NCBI GenBank assembly: GCA_964016885.1
Contig: OZ024744.1
Location: 1,302,001-1,366,000, forward strand
Direction of reading: 5' to 3'
Source of the DNA: Eledone cirrhosa
Taxonomy: Eukaryota
DNA length: 64,000 bases
The translations under genes were made by a program, and so were the position numbers. Below are positions 12,001 through 24,945 of the stretch, piece after piece (the stretch's first letter is position 1; each line of letters opens with the position of its first letter). The notes under the pieces were generated by a model. That model was given only the letters and a program-made list of their open reading frames with translations. It had not been told where the DNA came from and did no database searches.

Positions 12001-15000
12001 CTTGTCTTCCCCCAAAACTTCGTTGTTCACCAAGCTATCTTTCTCTACCTCGTCTTCCCCCAAAACTTCGTTCTTCACCAAGCTATCTTTCTCTACCTTG
12101 TCTTCCCCCAAAACTTCGTTCTTCACCAAGCTATCTTTCTCTACCTTGTCTTCCCACAAAACTTCGTTCTTCACCAAGCTATCTTTCTCTACCTTGTCTT
12201 CCCACAAAACGTCGTTCTTCACCAAGCTATCTTTCTCTACCTTGTCTTCCCTCAAAACTTCGTTCTTCACCAAGCTATCTTTTTCGACCTTATCTTCCCC
12301 AAAACTTCGTTATTCACCAAGCTATCTTTCTCTACCTTGTCTTCCCTCAAAACTTCGTTCTTCACCAAGCTATCTTTCTCTACCTTGTCTTCCCCCAAAA
12401 CTTCGTTCTTCACCAAGCTATCTTTCTCTACCTCGTCTTCCCTCAAAACTTCGTTCTTCACCAAGCTATCTTTCTCTACCTTGTCTTCCCCCAAAACTTT
12501 GTTCTTCACCAAGCTATCTTTCTCTACCTTGTCTTCCCCCAAAACGTCGTTCTTCACCAAGTCATCTTTCTCTACCTTGTCATCCCACAAAACGTCGTTC
12601 TTCACCAAGCTATCTTTCTCTATTTTGTCTTCCCTCAAAACATCGTTCTTCACCAAGCTATCTTTCTCTACCTTGTCTTCCCTCAAAATTTCGTTCTTCA
12701 CCAAGCTATCTTTCTCGACCTTGTCTTCTCCCAAAACTTCGTTATTCACCAAGCTATCTTTCTCTACCTTGTCTTCGCCCAAAACTTCGTTATTCACCAA
12801 GCTATCTTTCGCTACCTTGTCTTCCCTCAAAACTTCGTTTTTCACCAAGCTATCTTTCTCTACCTTGTCTTCCCCCAAAACTTCGTTCTTCACCAAGCTA
12901 TCTTTTTCGACCTTGTCTTCCCCCAAAACTTCGTTATTCACCAAGCTATCTTTCTCTACCTTGTCTTCCCTCAAAACTTCGTTCTTCACCAAGCTATCTT
13001 TCTCTACCTTGTCTTCCCACAAAACGTCATTCTTCACCAAGCTATCTTTCTCTACCTTGTCTTCCTTCAAAACTTCGTTCTTCACCAAGCTATCTTTCTC
13101 TACCTTGTCTTCCCTCAAAACGTCGTTCTTCACCAAGCTATCTTTCTCTACCTTGTCTTCCCCAAAACTTCGTTCTTCACCAAGCTATCTTTCTCTACAT
13201 TGTCTTCCCCAAAACTTCGTTCTTCACCAAGCTATCTTTCTCTACCTTGTCTTCCCCCAAAACTTCGTTCTTCACCAAGCTATCTTTCTCTACCTTGTCT
13301 TCCCCCAAAACTTCGTTCTTCACCAAGCTATCTTTCTCTACATTGTCTTCCCCAAAACTTCGTTCTTCACCAAGCTATCTTTCTCTACCTTGTCTTCCCT
13401 CAAAACGTCGTTGTTCACCAAGCTATCTTTCTCTACCTTGTCTTCCCCCAAAACTTCGTTCTTCACCAAGCTATCTTTATCTACCTTGTCTTCCCCCAAA
13501 ACTTCGTTCTTCACCAAGTCATCTTTCTCTACCTTGTCATCCCACAAAACGTCGTTCTTCACCAAGCTATCTTTCTCTATTTTGTCTTCCCTCAAAACGT
13601 CGTTCTTCACCAAGCTATCTTTCTCTACCTTGTCTTCCCTCAAAATTTCCTTCTTCACCAAGCTATCTTTCTCGACCTTGTTTTCTCCCAAAACTTCGTT
13701 ATTCACCAAGCTATCTTTCTCTACCTTGTCTTCCCCCAAAACTTCGTTATTCACCAAGCTATCTTTCGCTTCCTTGTCATCCCTCAAAACTTCGTTCTTC
13801 ACCAATCTATCTTTCTCTGCCTTGTCTTCCCCCAAAACTTCGTTCTTCACCAAGCTATCTTTCTCTACCTTGTCTTCACACAAAACTTCGTTCTTCACCA
13901 AGCTATCTTTCTCTACCTTGTCTTCCCACAAAACGTCATTCTTCACCAAGCTATCTGCCTCTACCTTGTCTTCCGTCAAAACTTCGTTCTTCACCAAGAT
14001 ATCTTTCTCTACCTTGTCTTCTCCCAAAACTTCGTTCTTCACCAAGCTATCTTTCTCTACCTTGTCTTCCCTCAGAACTTCGTTCTTCACCAAGCTATCT
14101 TTCTCTACCTTGTCTTCCCCCAAAACTTCGTTCTTCACCAAGCTATCTTTCTCTACATTGTCTTCCCCAAAACTTCGTTCTTCACCAAGCTATCTTTCTC
14201 TACCTTGTCTTTCATCAAAACGTCGTTCTTCACCAAGCTCTCTTTCTCTACCTTGTCTTCCCCCAAAACTTCGTTCTTCACCAAGCTATCTTTCTCTACC
14301 TTGTCTTCCCCCAAAACTTCGTTCTTCACCAAGCTATCTTTCTCTACCTTGTCTTCCCACAAAACGTCGTTCTTCACCAAGCTATCTTTCTCTACCTTGT
14401 CTTCCCTCAAAACGTCGTTCTTCACCAAGCTATCTTTTTCTACCTTGTCTTCCCTCAAAACATCGTTCTTCACCAAGCTATCTTTCTCTACCTTGTCTTC
14501 CCTCAAAACTTCGTTCTTCACCAAGCTATCTTTCTCTACCTTGTCTTCCCTCAAAACGTCGTTCTTCACCAAGCTATCTTTCTCTACCTTGTCTTCCCCC
14601 AAAACTTCGTTCTTCACCAAGCTATCTTTCTCTACCTTGTCTTCCCCCAAAACTTCGTTCTTCGCAAGCTATCTTTCTCTACCTTGTCTTCCCCAAAACT
14701 TCGTTCTTCACCAAGCTATCTTTCTCTACCTTGTCTTCCCACAAAACGTCGTTCTTCACCAAGCTATCTTTCTCTACCTTGTCTTCCCTCAAAACGTCGT
14801 TCTTCACCAAGCTATCTTTCTCTACCTTGTCTTCCCTCAAAACATCGTTCTTCACCAAGCTATCTTTCTCTACCTTGTCTTCTCCCAAAACTTCGTTATT
14901 CACCAAGCTATCTTTCTCTACCTTGTCTTCCCCCAAAACTTCGTTGTTCACCAAGCTATCTTTCTCTACCTCGTCTTCCCCCAAAACTTCGTTCTTCACC

Positions 15001-16000
15001 TAGCTATCTTTCTCTACCTTGTCTTCCCCCAAAACTTCGTTCTTCACCAAGCTATCTTTCTCTACCTTGTCTTCCCACAAAACTTCGTTCTTCACCAAGC
15101 TATCTTTCTCTACCTTGTCTTCCCACAAAACGTCGTTCTTCACCAAGCTATCTTTCTCTACCTTGTCTTCCCACAAAACGTCATTCTTCACCAAGCTATC
15201 TTTCTCTACCTTGTCTTCCGTCAAAACTTCGTTCTTCACCAAGCTATCTTTCTCTACATTGTCTTCCCCAAAACTTCGTTCTTCACCAAGCTATCTTTCT
15301 CTACCTTGTCTTCCCTCAAACCTTCGTTCTTCACCAAGCTATCTTTCTCTACCTTGTCTCCCCCCAAAACTTCGTTCTTCACCAAGCTATCTTTCTCTAC
15401 ATTGTCTTCCCCAAAACTTCGTTCTTCACCAAGCTATCTTTCTCTACCTTGTCTTCCCCCAAAACTTCGTTGTTCACCAAGCTATCTTTCTCTACCTCGT
15501 CTTCCCCCAAAACTTCGTTCTTCACCAAGCTATCTTTCTCTACCTTGTCTTCCCCCAAAACTTCGTTCTTCACCAAGCTATCTTTCTCTACCTTGTCTTC
15601 CCACAAAACTTCGTTCTTCACCAAGCTATCTTTCTCTACCTTGTCTTCCCAGAAAACGTCGTTCTTCACCAAGCTATCTTTCTCTACCTTGTCTTCCCTC
15701 AAAACTTCGTTCTTCACCAAGCTATCTTTTTCGACCTTATCTTCCCCAAAACTTCGTTATTCACCAAGCTATCTTTCTCTACCTTGTCTTCCCTCAAAAC
15801 TTCGTTCTTCACCAAGCTATCTTTCTCTACCTTGTCTTCCCCCAAAACTTCGTTCTTCACCAAGCTATCTTTCTCTACCTCGTCTTCCCTCAAAACTTCG
15901 TTCTTCACCAAGCTATCTTTCTCTACCTTGTCTTCCCCCAAAACTTTGTTCTTCACCAAGCTATCTTTCTCTACCTTGTCTTCCCCCAAAACGTCGTTCT
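9005..16000. repeat. Tandem duplication, 3543-bp unit (74 monomers) x2, second copy two monomers shorter
   Basis: Offset is 3543 (9795/13338, 10610/14153, 11136/14679), then 3447 (11950/15397, 12267/15714). 3543 = 74x48-9. Marker gaccttgttttctccc is shared at ~10131/13674. Confidence 0.88.
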
Positions 16001-19000
16001 TCACCAAGCTATCTTTCTCTACCTTGTCTTCCCCTAAAACTTCGTTCTTCACCAAGCTATCTTTCTCTAGCTTGTCTTCATACAAAACATCGTTCTTCAC
16101 CAAGCTATCTTTCTCTACCTTGTCTTCCCACAAAACGTCATTCTTCACCAAGCTATCTTTCTCTACCTTGTCTTCCGTCAAAACTTCGTTCTTCACCAAG
16201 ATATCTTTCTCTACCTTGTCTTCCCACAAAACGTCGTTCTTCACCAAGCTATCTTTCTCTACCTTGTCTTCCCTCAGAACTCCGTTCTTCACCAAGCTAT
16301 CTTTCTCTACCTTGTCTTCCCCCAAAACTTCGTTCTTCACCAAGCTATCTTTCTCTACATTGTCTTCCCCAAAACTTCGTTCTTCACCAAGCTATCTTTC
16401 TCTACCTTGTCTTCCCTCAAAACGTCGTTGTTCACCAAGCTATCTTTCTCTACCTTGTCTTCCCCCAAAACTTCGTTCTTCACCAAGCTATCTTTCTCTA
16501 CCTTGTCTTCCCCCAAAACTTCGTTCTTCACCAAGTCATCTTTCTCTACCTTGTCATCCCACAAAACGTCGTTCTTCACCAAGCTATCTTTCTCTATTTT
16601 GTCTTCCCTCAAAACGTCGTTCTTCACCAAGCTATCTTTCTCTACCTTGTCTTCCCTCAAAATTTCGTTCTTCACCAAGCTATCTTTCTCGACCTTGTCT
16701 TCTCCCAAAACTTCGTTATTCACCAAGCTATCTTTCTCTACCTTGTCTTCCCCCAAAACTTCGTTATTCACCAAGCTATCTTTCGCTACCTTGTCATCCC
16801 TCAAAACTTCGTTCTTCACCAATCTATCTTTCTCTGCCTTGTCTTCCCCCAAAACTTCGTTCTTCACCAAGCTATCTTTCTCTACCTTGTCTTCACACAA
16901 AACTTCGTTCTTCACCAAGCTATCTTTCTCTACCTTGTCTTCCCACAAAACGTCATTCTTCACCAAGCTATCTTTCTCTACCTTGTCTCCCGTCAAAACT
17001 TCGTTCTTCACCAAGATATCTTTCTCTACCTTGTCTTCTCCCAAAACTTCGTTCTTCACCAAGCTATCTTTCTCTACCTTGTCTTCCCTCAGAACTTCGT
17101 TCTTCACCAAGCTATCTTTCTCTACCTTGTCTTCCCCCAAAACTTCGTTCTTCACCAAGCTATCTTTCTCTACATTGTCTTCCCCAAAACTTCGTTCTTC
17201 ACCAAGCTATCTTTCTCTACCTTGTCTTTCATCAAAACGTCGTTCTTCACCAAGCTCTCTTTCTCTACCTTGTCTTCCCCCAAAACTTCGTTCTTCACCA
17301 AGCTATCTTTCTCTACCTTGTCTTCCCCCAAAACTTCGTTCTTCACCAAGCTATCTTTCTCTACCTTGTCTTCCCACAAAACTTCGTTCTTCACCAAGCT
17401 ATCTTTCTCTACCTTGTCTTCCCTCAAAACGTCGTTCTTCACCAAGCTATCTTTTTCTACCTTGTCTTCCCTCAAAACATCGTTCTTCACCAAGCTATCT
17501 TTCTCTACCTTGTCTTCCCTCAAAACTTCGTTCTTCACCAAGCTATCTTTCTCTACCTTGTCTTCCCTCAAAACGTCGTTCTTCACCAAGCTATCTTTCT
17601 CTACCTTGTCTTCCCCCAAAACTTCGTTCTTCACCAAGCTATCTTTCTCTACCTTGTCTTCCCCCAAAACTTCGTTCTTCACCAAGCTATCTTTCTCTAC
17701 CTTGTCTTCCCACAAAACGTCGTTCTTCACCAAGCTATGTTCCTCTACCTTGTCTTCCCTCAAAACGTCGTTCTTCACCAAGCTATCTTTCTCTACCTTG
17801 TCTTCCCTCAAAACATCGTTCTTCACCAAGCTATCTTTCTCTACCTTGTCTTCTCCCAAAACTTCGTTATTCACCAAGCTATCTTTCTCTACCTTGTCTT
17901 CCCCCAAAACTTCGTTGTTCACCAAGCTATCTTTCTCTACCTCGTCTTCCCCCAAAACTTCGTTCTTCACCAAGCTATCTTTCTCTACCTTGTCTTCCCC
18001 CAAAACTTCGTTCTTCACCAAGCTATCTTTCTCTACCTTGTCTTCCCACAAAACTTCGTTCTTCACCAAGCTATCTTTCTCTACCTTGTCTTCCCACAAA
18101 ACGTCGTTCTTCACCAAGCTATCTTTCTCTACCTTGTCTTCCCACAAAACGTCATTCTTCACCAAGCTATCTTTCTCTACCTTGTCTTCCGTCAAAACTT
18201 CGTTCTTCACCAAGATATCTTTCTCTACATTGTCTTCCTCAAAACTTCGTTCTTCACCAAGCTATCTTTCTCTACCTTGTCTTCCCTCAAAAAGTCGTTC
18301 TTCACCAAGCTATCTTTCTCTACCTTGTCTTCTCCCAAAACTTCGTTATTCACCAAGCTATCTTTCTCTACCTTGTCTTCCCTCAAACCTTCGTTCTTCA
18401 CCAAGCTATCTTTCTCTACCTTGTCTTCCCCCAAAACTTCGTTCTTCACCAAGCTATCTTTCTCTACATTGTCTTCCCCAAAACTTCGTTCTTCACCAAG
18501 CTATCTTTCTCTACCTTGTCTTCCTCCAAAACTTCGTTGTTCACCAAGATATCTTTCTCTACCGCGTCTTCCCCCAAAACTTCGTTCTTCACCAAGCTAT
18601 CTTTCTCTACCTTGTCTTCCCCCAAAACTTCGTTCTTCACCAAGCTATCTTTCTCTACCTTGTCTTCCCACAAAACTTCGTTCTTCACCAAGCTATCTTT
18701 CTCTACCTTGTCTTCCCACAAAACGTCGTTCTTCACCAAGCTATCTTTCTCTACCTTGTCTTCCCTCAAAACTTCGTTCTTCACCAAGCTATCTTTTTCG
18801 ACCTTATCTTCCCCAAAACTTCGTTATTCACCAAGCTATCTTTCTCTACCTTGTCTTCCCTCAAAACTTCGTTCTTCACCAAGCTATCTTTCTCTACCTT
18901 GTCTTCCCACAAAACGTCATTCTTCACCAAGCTATCTTTCTCTACCTTGTCTTCCTTCAAAACTTCGTTCTTCACCAAGCTATCTTTCTCTACCTTGTCT

Positions 19001-22000
19001 TCCCTCAAAACGTCGTTCTTCACCAAGCTATCTTTCTCTACCTTGTCCTCCCACAAAACTTCGTTCTTCACCAAGCTATCTTTCTCTACCTTGTCTTCCC
19101 CCAAAACTTCGTTCTTCGCAAGCTATCTTTCTCTACCTTGTCTTCCGTCAAAACTTCGTTCTTCACCAAGATATCTTTCTCTACCTTGTCTTCCCACAAA
19201 ACGTCGTTCTTCACCAAGCTATCTTTCTCTACCTTGTCTTCCCTCAGAACTCCGTTCTTCACCAAGCTATCTTTCTCTACCTTGTCTTCCCCCAAAACTT
19301 CGTTCTTCACCAAGCTATCTTTCTCTACATTGTCTTCCCCAAAACTTCGTTCTTCACCAAGCTATCTTTCTCTACCTTGTCTTCCCTCAAAACGTCGTTC
19401 TTCACCAAGCTATCTTTCTCTACCTTGTCTTCCCCCAAAACTTCGTTCTTCACCAAGCTATCTTTATCTACCTTGTCTTCCCCCAAAACTTCGTTCTTCA
19501 CCAAGTCATCTTTCTCTACCTTGTCATCCCACAAAACGTCGTTCTTCACCAAGCTATCTTTCTCTATTTTGTCTTCCCTCAAAACGTCGTTCTTCACCAA
19601 GCTATCTTTCTCTACCTTGTCTTCCCTCAAAATTTCGTTCTTCACCAAGCTATATTTCTCGACCTTGTCTTCTCCCAAAACTTCGTTATTCACCAAGCTA
19701 TCTTTCTCTACCTTGTCTTCCCCCAAAACTTCGTTATTCACCAAGCTATCTTTCGCTACCTTGTCTTCCCTCAAAACTTCGTTCTTCACCAAGCTATCTT
19801 TCTCTACCTTGTCTTCCCCCAAAACTTCGTTATTCACCAAGCTATCTTTCTCTACCTTGTCTTCCCTCAAAACTTCGTTCTTCACCAAGCTATCTTTCTC
19901 TACCTTGTCTTCCCACAAAACGTCATTCTTCACCAAGCTATCTTTCTCTACCTTGTCTTCCTTCAAAACTTCGTTCTTCACCAAGCTATCTTTCTCTACC
20001 TTGTCTTCCCTCAAAACGTCATTCTTCACCAAGCTATCTTTCTCTACCTTGTCTTCCCCAAAACTTCGTTCTTCACCAAGCTATCTTTCTCTACATTGTC
20101 TTCCCCAAAACTTCGTTCTTCACCAAGCTATCTTTCTCTACCTTGTCTTCCCACAAAACTTCGTTCTTCACCAAGCTATCTTTCTCTACCTTGTCTTCCC
20201 ACAAAACGTCGTTCTTCACCAAGCTATCTTTCTCTACCTTGTCTTCCCTCAAAACTTCGTTCTTCACCAAGCTATCTTTTTCGACCTTATCTTCCCCAAA
20301 ACTTCGTTATTCACCAAGCTATCTTTCTCTACCTTGTCTTCCCTCAAAACTTCGTTCTTCACCAAGCTATCTTTCTCTACCTTGTCTTCCCCCAAAACTT
20401 CGTTCTTCACCAAGCTATCTTTCTCTACCTCGTCTTCCCTCAAAACTTCGTTCTTCACCAAGCTATCTTTCTCTACCTTGTCTTCCCCCAAAACTTTGTT
20501 CTTCACCAAGCTATCTTTCTCTACCTTGTCTTCCCCCAAAACGTCGTTCTTCACCAAGCTATCTTTCTCTACCTTGTCTTCCCCTAAAACTTCGTTCTTC
20601 ACCAAGCTATCTTTCTCTAGCTTGTCTTCATACAAAACATCGTTCTTCACCAAGCTATCTTTCTCTACCTTGTCTTCCCACAAAACGTCATTCTTCACCA
20701 AGCTATCTTTCTCTACCTTGTCTTCCGTCAAAACTTCGTTCTTCACCAAGATATCTTTCTCTACCTTGTCTTCCCACAAAACGTCGTTCTTCACCAAGCT
20801 ATCTTTCTCTACCTTGTCTTCCCTCAGAACTCCGTTCTTCACCAAGCTATCTTTCTCTACCTTGTCTTCCCCCAAAACTTCGTTCTTCACCAAGCTATCT
20901 TTCTCTACATTGTCTTCCCCAAAACTTCGTTCTTCACCAAGCTATCTTTCTCTACCTTGTCTTCCCTCAAAACGTCGTTGTTCACCAAGCTATCTTTCTC
21001 TACCTTGTCTTCCCCCAAAACTTCGTTCTTCACCAAGCTATCTTTATCTACCTTGTCTTCCCCCAAAACTTCGTTCTTCACCAAGTCATCTTTCTCTACC
21101 TTGTCATCCCACAAAACGTCGTTCTTCACCAAGCTATCTTTCTCTATTTTGTCTTCCCTCAAAACGTCGTTCTTCACCAAGCTATCTTTCTCTACCTTGT
21201 CTTCCCTCAAAATTTCGTTCTTCACCAAGCTATCTTTCTCGACCTTGTCTTCTCCCAAAACTTCGTTATTCACCAAGCTATCTTTCTCTACCTTGTCTTC
21301 CCCCAAAACTTCGTTATTCACCAAGCTATCTTTCGCTACCTTGTCATCCCTCAAAACTTCGTTCTTCACCAATCTATCTTTCTCTGCCTTGTCTTCCCCC
21401 AAAACTTCGTTCTTCACCAAGCTATCTTTCTCTACCTTGTCTTCACACAAAACTTCGTTCTTCACCAAGCTATCTTTCTCTACCTTGTCTTCCCACAAAA
21501 CGTCATTCTTCACCAAGCTATCTTTCTCTACCTTGTCTTCCGTCAAAACTTCGTTCTTCACCAAGATATCTTTCTCTACCTTGTCTTCTCCCAAAACTTC
21601 GTTCTTCACCAAGCTATCTTTCTCTACCTTGTCTTCCCTCAGAACTTCGTTCTTCACCAAGCTATCTTTCTCTACCTTGTCTTCCCCCAAAACTTCGTTC
21701 TTCACCAAGCTATCTTTCTCTACATTGTCTTCCCCAAAACTTCGTTCTTCACCAAGCTATCTTTCTCTACCTTGTCTTTCATCAAAACGTCGTTCTTCAC
21801 CAAGCTCTCTTTCTCTACCTTGTCTTCCCCCAAAACTTCGTTCTTCACCAAGCTATCTTTCTCTACCTTGTCTTCCCCCAAAACTTCGTTCTTCACCAAG
21901 CTATCTTTCTCTACCTTGTCTTCCCACAAAACTTCGTTCTTCACCAAGCTATCTTTCTCTACCTTGTCTTCCCTCAAAACGTCGTTCTTCACCAAGCTAT

Positions 22001-24945
22001 CTTTTTCTACCTTGTCTTCCCTCAAAACATCGTTCTTCACCAAGCTATCTTTCTCTACCTTGTCTTCCCTCAAAACTTCGTTCTTCACCAAGCTATCTTT
22101 CTCTACCTTGTCTTCCCTCAAAACGTCGTTCTTCACCAAGCTATCTTTCTCTACCTTGTCTTCCCCCAAAACTTCGTTCTTCACCAAGCTATCTTTCTCT
22201 ACCTTGTCTTCCCCCAAAACTTCGTTCTTCGCAAGCTATCTTTCTCTACCTTGTCTTCCCCCAAAACTTCGTTCTTCACCAAGCTATCTTTCTCTACCTT
22301 GTCTTCCCACAAAACGTCGTTCTTCACCAAGCTATCTTCCTCTACCTTGTCTTCCCTCAAAACGTCGTTCTTCACCAAGCTATCTTTCTCTACCTTGTCT
22401 TCCCTCAAAACATCGTTCTTCACCAAGCTATCTTTCTCTACCTTGTCTTCTCCCAAAACTTCGTTATTCACCAAGCTATCTTTCTCTACCTTGTCATCCC
22501 CCAAAACTTCGTTGTTCACCAAGCTATCTTTCTCTACCTCGTCTTCCCCCAAAACTTCGTTCTTCACCAAGCTATCTTTCTCTACCTTGTCTTCCCCCAA
22601 AACTTCGTTCTTCACCAAGCTATCTTTCTCTACCTTGTCTTCCCACAAAACTTCGTTCTTCACCAAGCTATCTTTCTCTACCTTGTCTTCCCACAAAACG
22701 TCGTTCTTCACCAAGCTATCTTTCTCTACCTTGTCTTCCCACAAAACGTCATTCTTCACCAAGCTATCTTTCTCTACCTTGTCTTCCGTCAAAACTTCGT
22801 TCTTCACCAAGATATCTTTCTCTACATTGACTTCCCCAAAACTTCGTTCTTCACCAAGCTATCTTTCTCTACCTTGTCTTCCCTCAAAAAGTCGTTCTTC
22901 ACCAAGCTATCTTTCTCTACCTTGTCTTCTCCCAAAACTTCGTTATTCACCAAGCTATCTTTCTCTACCTTGTCTTCCCTCAAACCTTCGTTCTTCACCA
23001 AGCTATCTTTCTCTACCTTGTCTTCCCCCAAAACTTCGTTCTTCACCAAGCTATCTTTCTCTACATTGTCTTTCCCAAAACTTCGTTCTTCACCAAGCTA
23101 TCTTTCTCTACCTTGTCTTCCTCCAAAACTTCGTTGTTCACCAAGCTATCTTTCTCTACCTCGTCTTCCCCCAAAACTTCGTTCTTCACCAAGCTATCTT
23201 TCTCTACCTTGTCTTCCCCCAAAACTTCGTTCTTCACCAAGCTATCTTTCTCTACCTTGTCTTCCCACAAAACTTCGTTCTTCACCAAGCTATCTTTCTC
23301 TACCTTGTCTTCCCACAAAACGTCGTTCTTCACCAAGCTATCTTTCTCTACCTTGTCTTCCCTCAAAACTTCGTTCTTCACCAAGCTATCTTTTTCGACC
23401 TTATCTTCCCCAAAACTTCGTTATTCACCAAGCTATCTTTCTCTACCTTGTCTTCCCTCAAAACTTCGTTCTTCACCAAGCTATCTTTCTCTACCTTGTC
23501 TTCCCACAAAACGTCATTCTTCACCAAGCTATCTTTCTCTACCTTGTCTTCCTTCAAAACTTCGTTCTTCACCAAGCTATCTTTCTCTACCTTGTCTTCC
23601 CTCAAAACGTCGTTCTTCACCAAGCTATCTTTCTCTACCTTGTCCTCCCACAAAACTTCGTTCTTCACCAAGCTATCTTTCTCTACCTTGTCTTCCCCCA
23701 AAACTTCGTTCTTCGCAAGCTATCTTTCTCTACCTTGTCTTCCGTCAAAACTTCGTTCTTCACCAAGATATCTTTCTCTACCTTGTCTTCCCACAAAACG
23801 TCGTTCTTCACCAAGCTATCTTTCTCTACCTTGTCTTCCCTCAGAACTCCGTTCTTCACCAAGCTATCTTTCTCTACCTTGTCTTCCCCCAAAACTTCGT
23901 TCTTCACCAAGCTATCTTTCTCTACATTGTCTTCCCCAAAACTTCGTTCTTCACCAAGCTATCTTTCTCTACCTTGTCTTCCCTCAAAACGTCGTTCTTC
24001 ACCAAGCTATCTTTCTCTACCTTGTCTTCCCCCAAAACTTCGTTCTTCACCAAGCTATCTTTATCTACCTTGTCTTCCCCCAAAACTTCGTTCTTCACCA
24101 AGCTATCTTTCTCGACCTTGTCTTCCCTCAAAACTTGGTTCTTCACCAAGCTATCTTTCTCTACCTTGTCTTCCCCCAAAACTTCGTTCTTCACCAAGCT
24201 ATCTTTCTCTACCTTGTCTTCCCTCAAAACTTCGTTCTTCACCAAGCTATCTTTTTCGACCTTGTCTTCCCCCAAAACTTCGTTATTCACCAAGCTATCT
24301 TTCTCTACCTTGTCTTCCCTCAAAACTTCGTTCTTCACCAAGCTATCTTTCTCTACCTTGTCTTCCCACAAAACGTCATTCTTCACCAAGCTATCTTTCT
24401 CTACCTTGTCTTCCTTCAAAACTTCGTTCTTCACCAAGCTATCTTTCTCTACCTTGTCTTCCCTCAAAACGTCGTTCTTCACCAAGCTATCTTTCTCTAC
24501 CTTGTCTTCCCCAAAACTTCGTTCTTCACCAAGCTATCTTTCTCTACATTGTCTTCCCCAAAACTTCGTTCTTCACCAAGCTATCTTTCTCTACCTTGTC
24601 TTCCCCCAAAACTTCGTTGTTCACCAAGCTATCTTTCTCTACCTCGTCTTCCCCCAAAACTTCGTTCTTCACCAAGCTATCTTTCTCTACCTTGTCTTCC
24701 CCCAAAACTTCGTTCTTCACCAAGCTATCTTTCTCTACCTTGTCCTCCCACAAAACTTCGTTCTTCACCAAGCTATCTTTCTCTACTTTGTCTTCCCTCA
24801 AAACTTCGTTCTTCACCAAGCTATCTTTCTCTACCTTGTCTTCCCCCAAAACTTCGTTCTTCACCAAGCTATCTTTCTCTACCTTGTCTTCCCACAAAAC
24901 GTCGTTCTTCACCAAGCTATCTTTCTCTACCTTGTCTTCCCTCAA
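9978..24945. repeat. Long segmental duplication within the array, copy 1 (~15 kb)
   Basis: Colinear with 49130-64000 at offsets 39152, 39104, 39056, 39103 and 39055. Rare shared markers: ttcgccc ~12774/51878, cgcttcc ~13767/52871, cacctag ~14997/54053, cccagaaaa ~15648/54704, tgttcctc ~17738/56841, accgcg ~18561/57664. Confidence 0.93.
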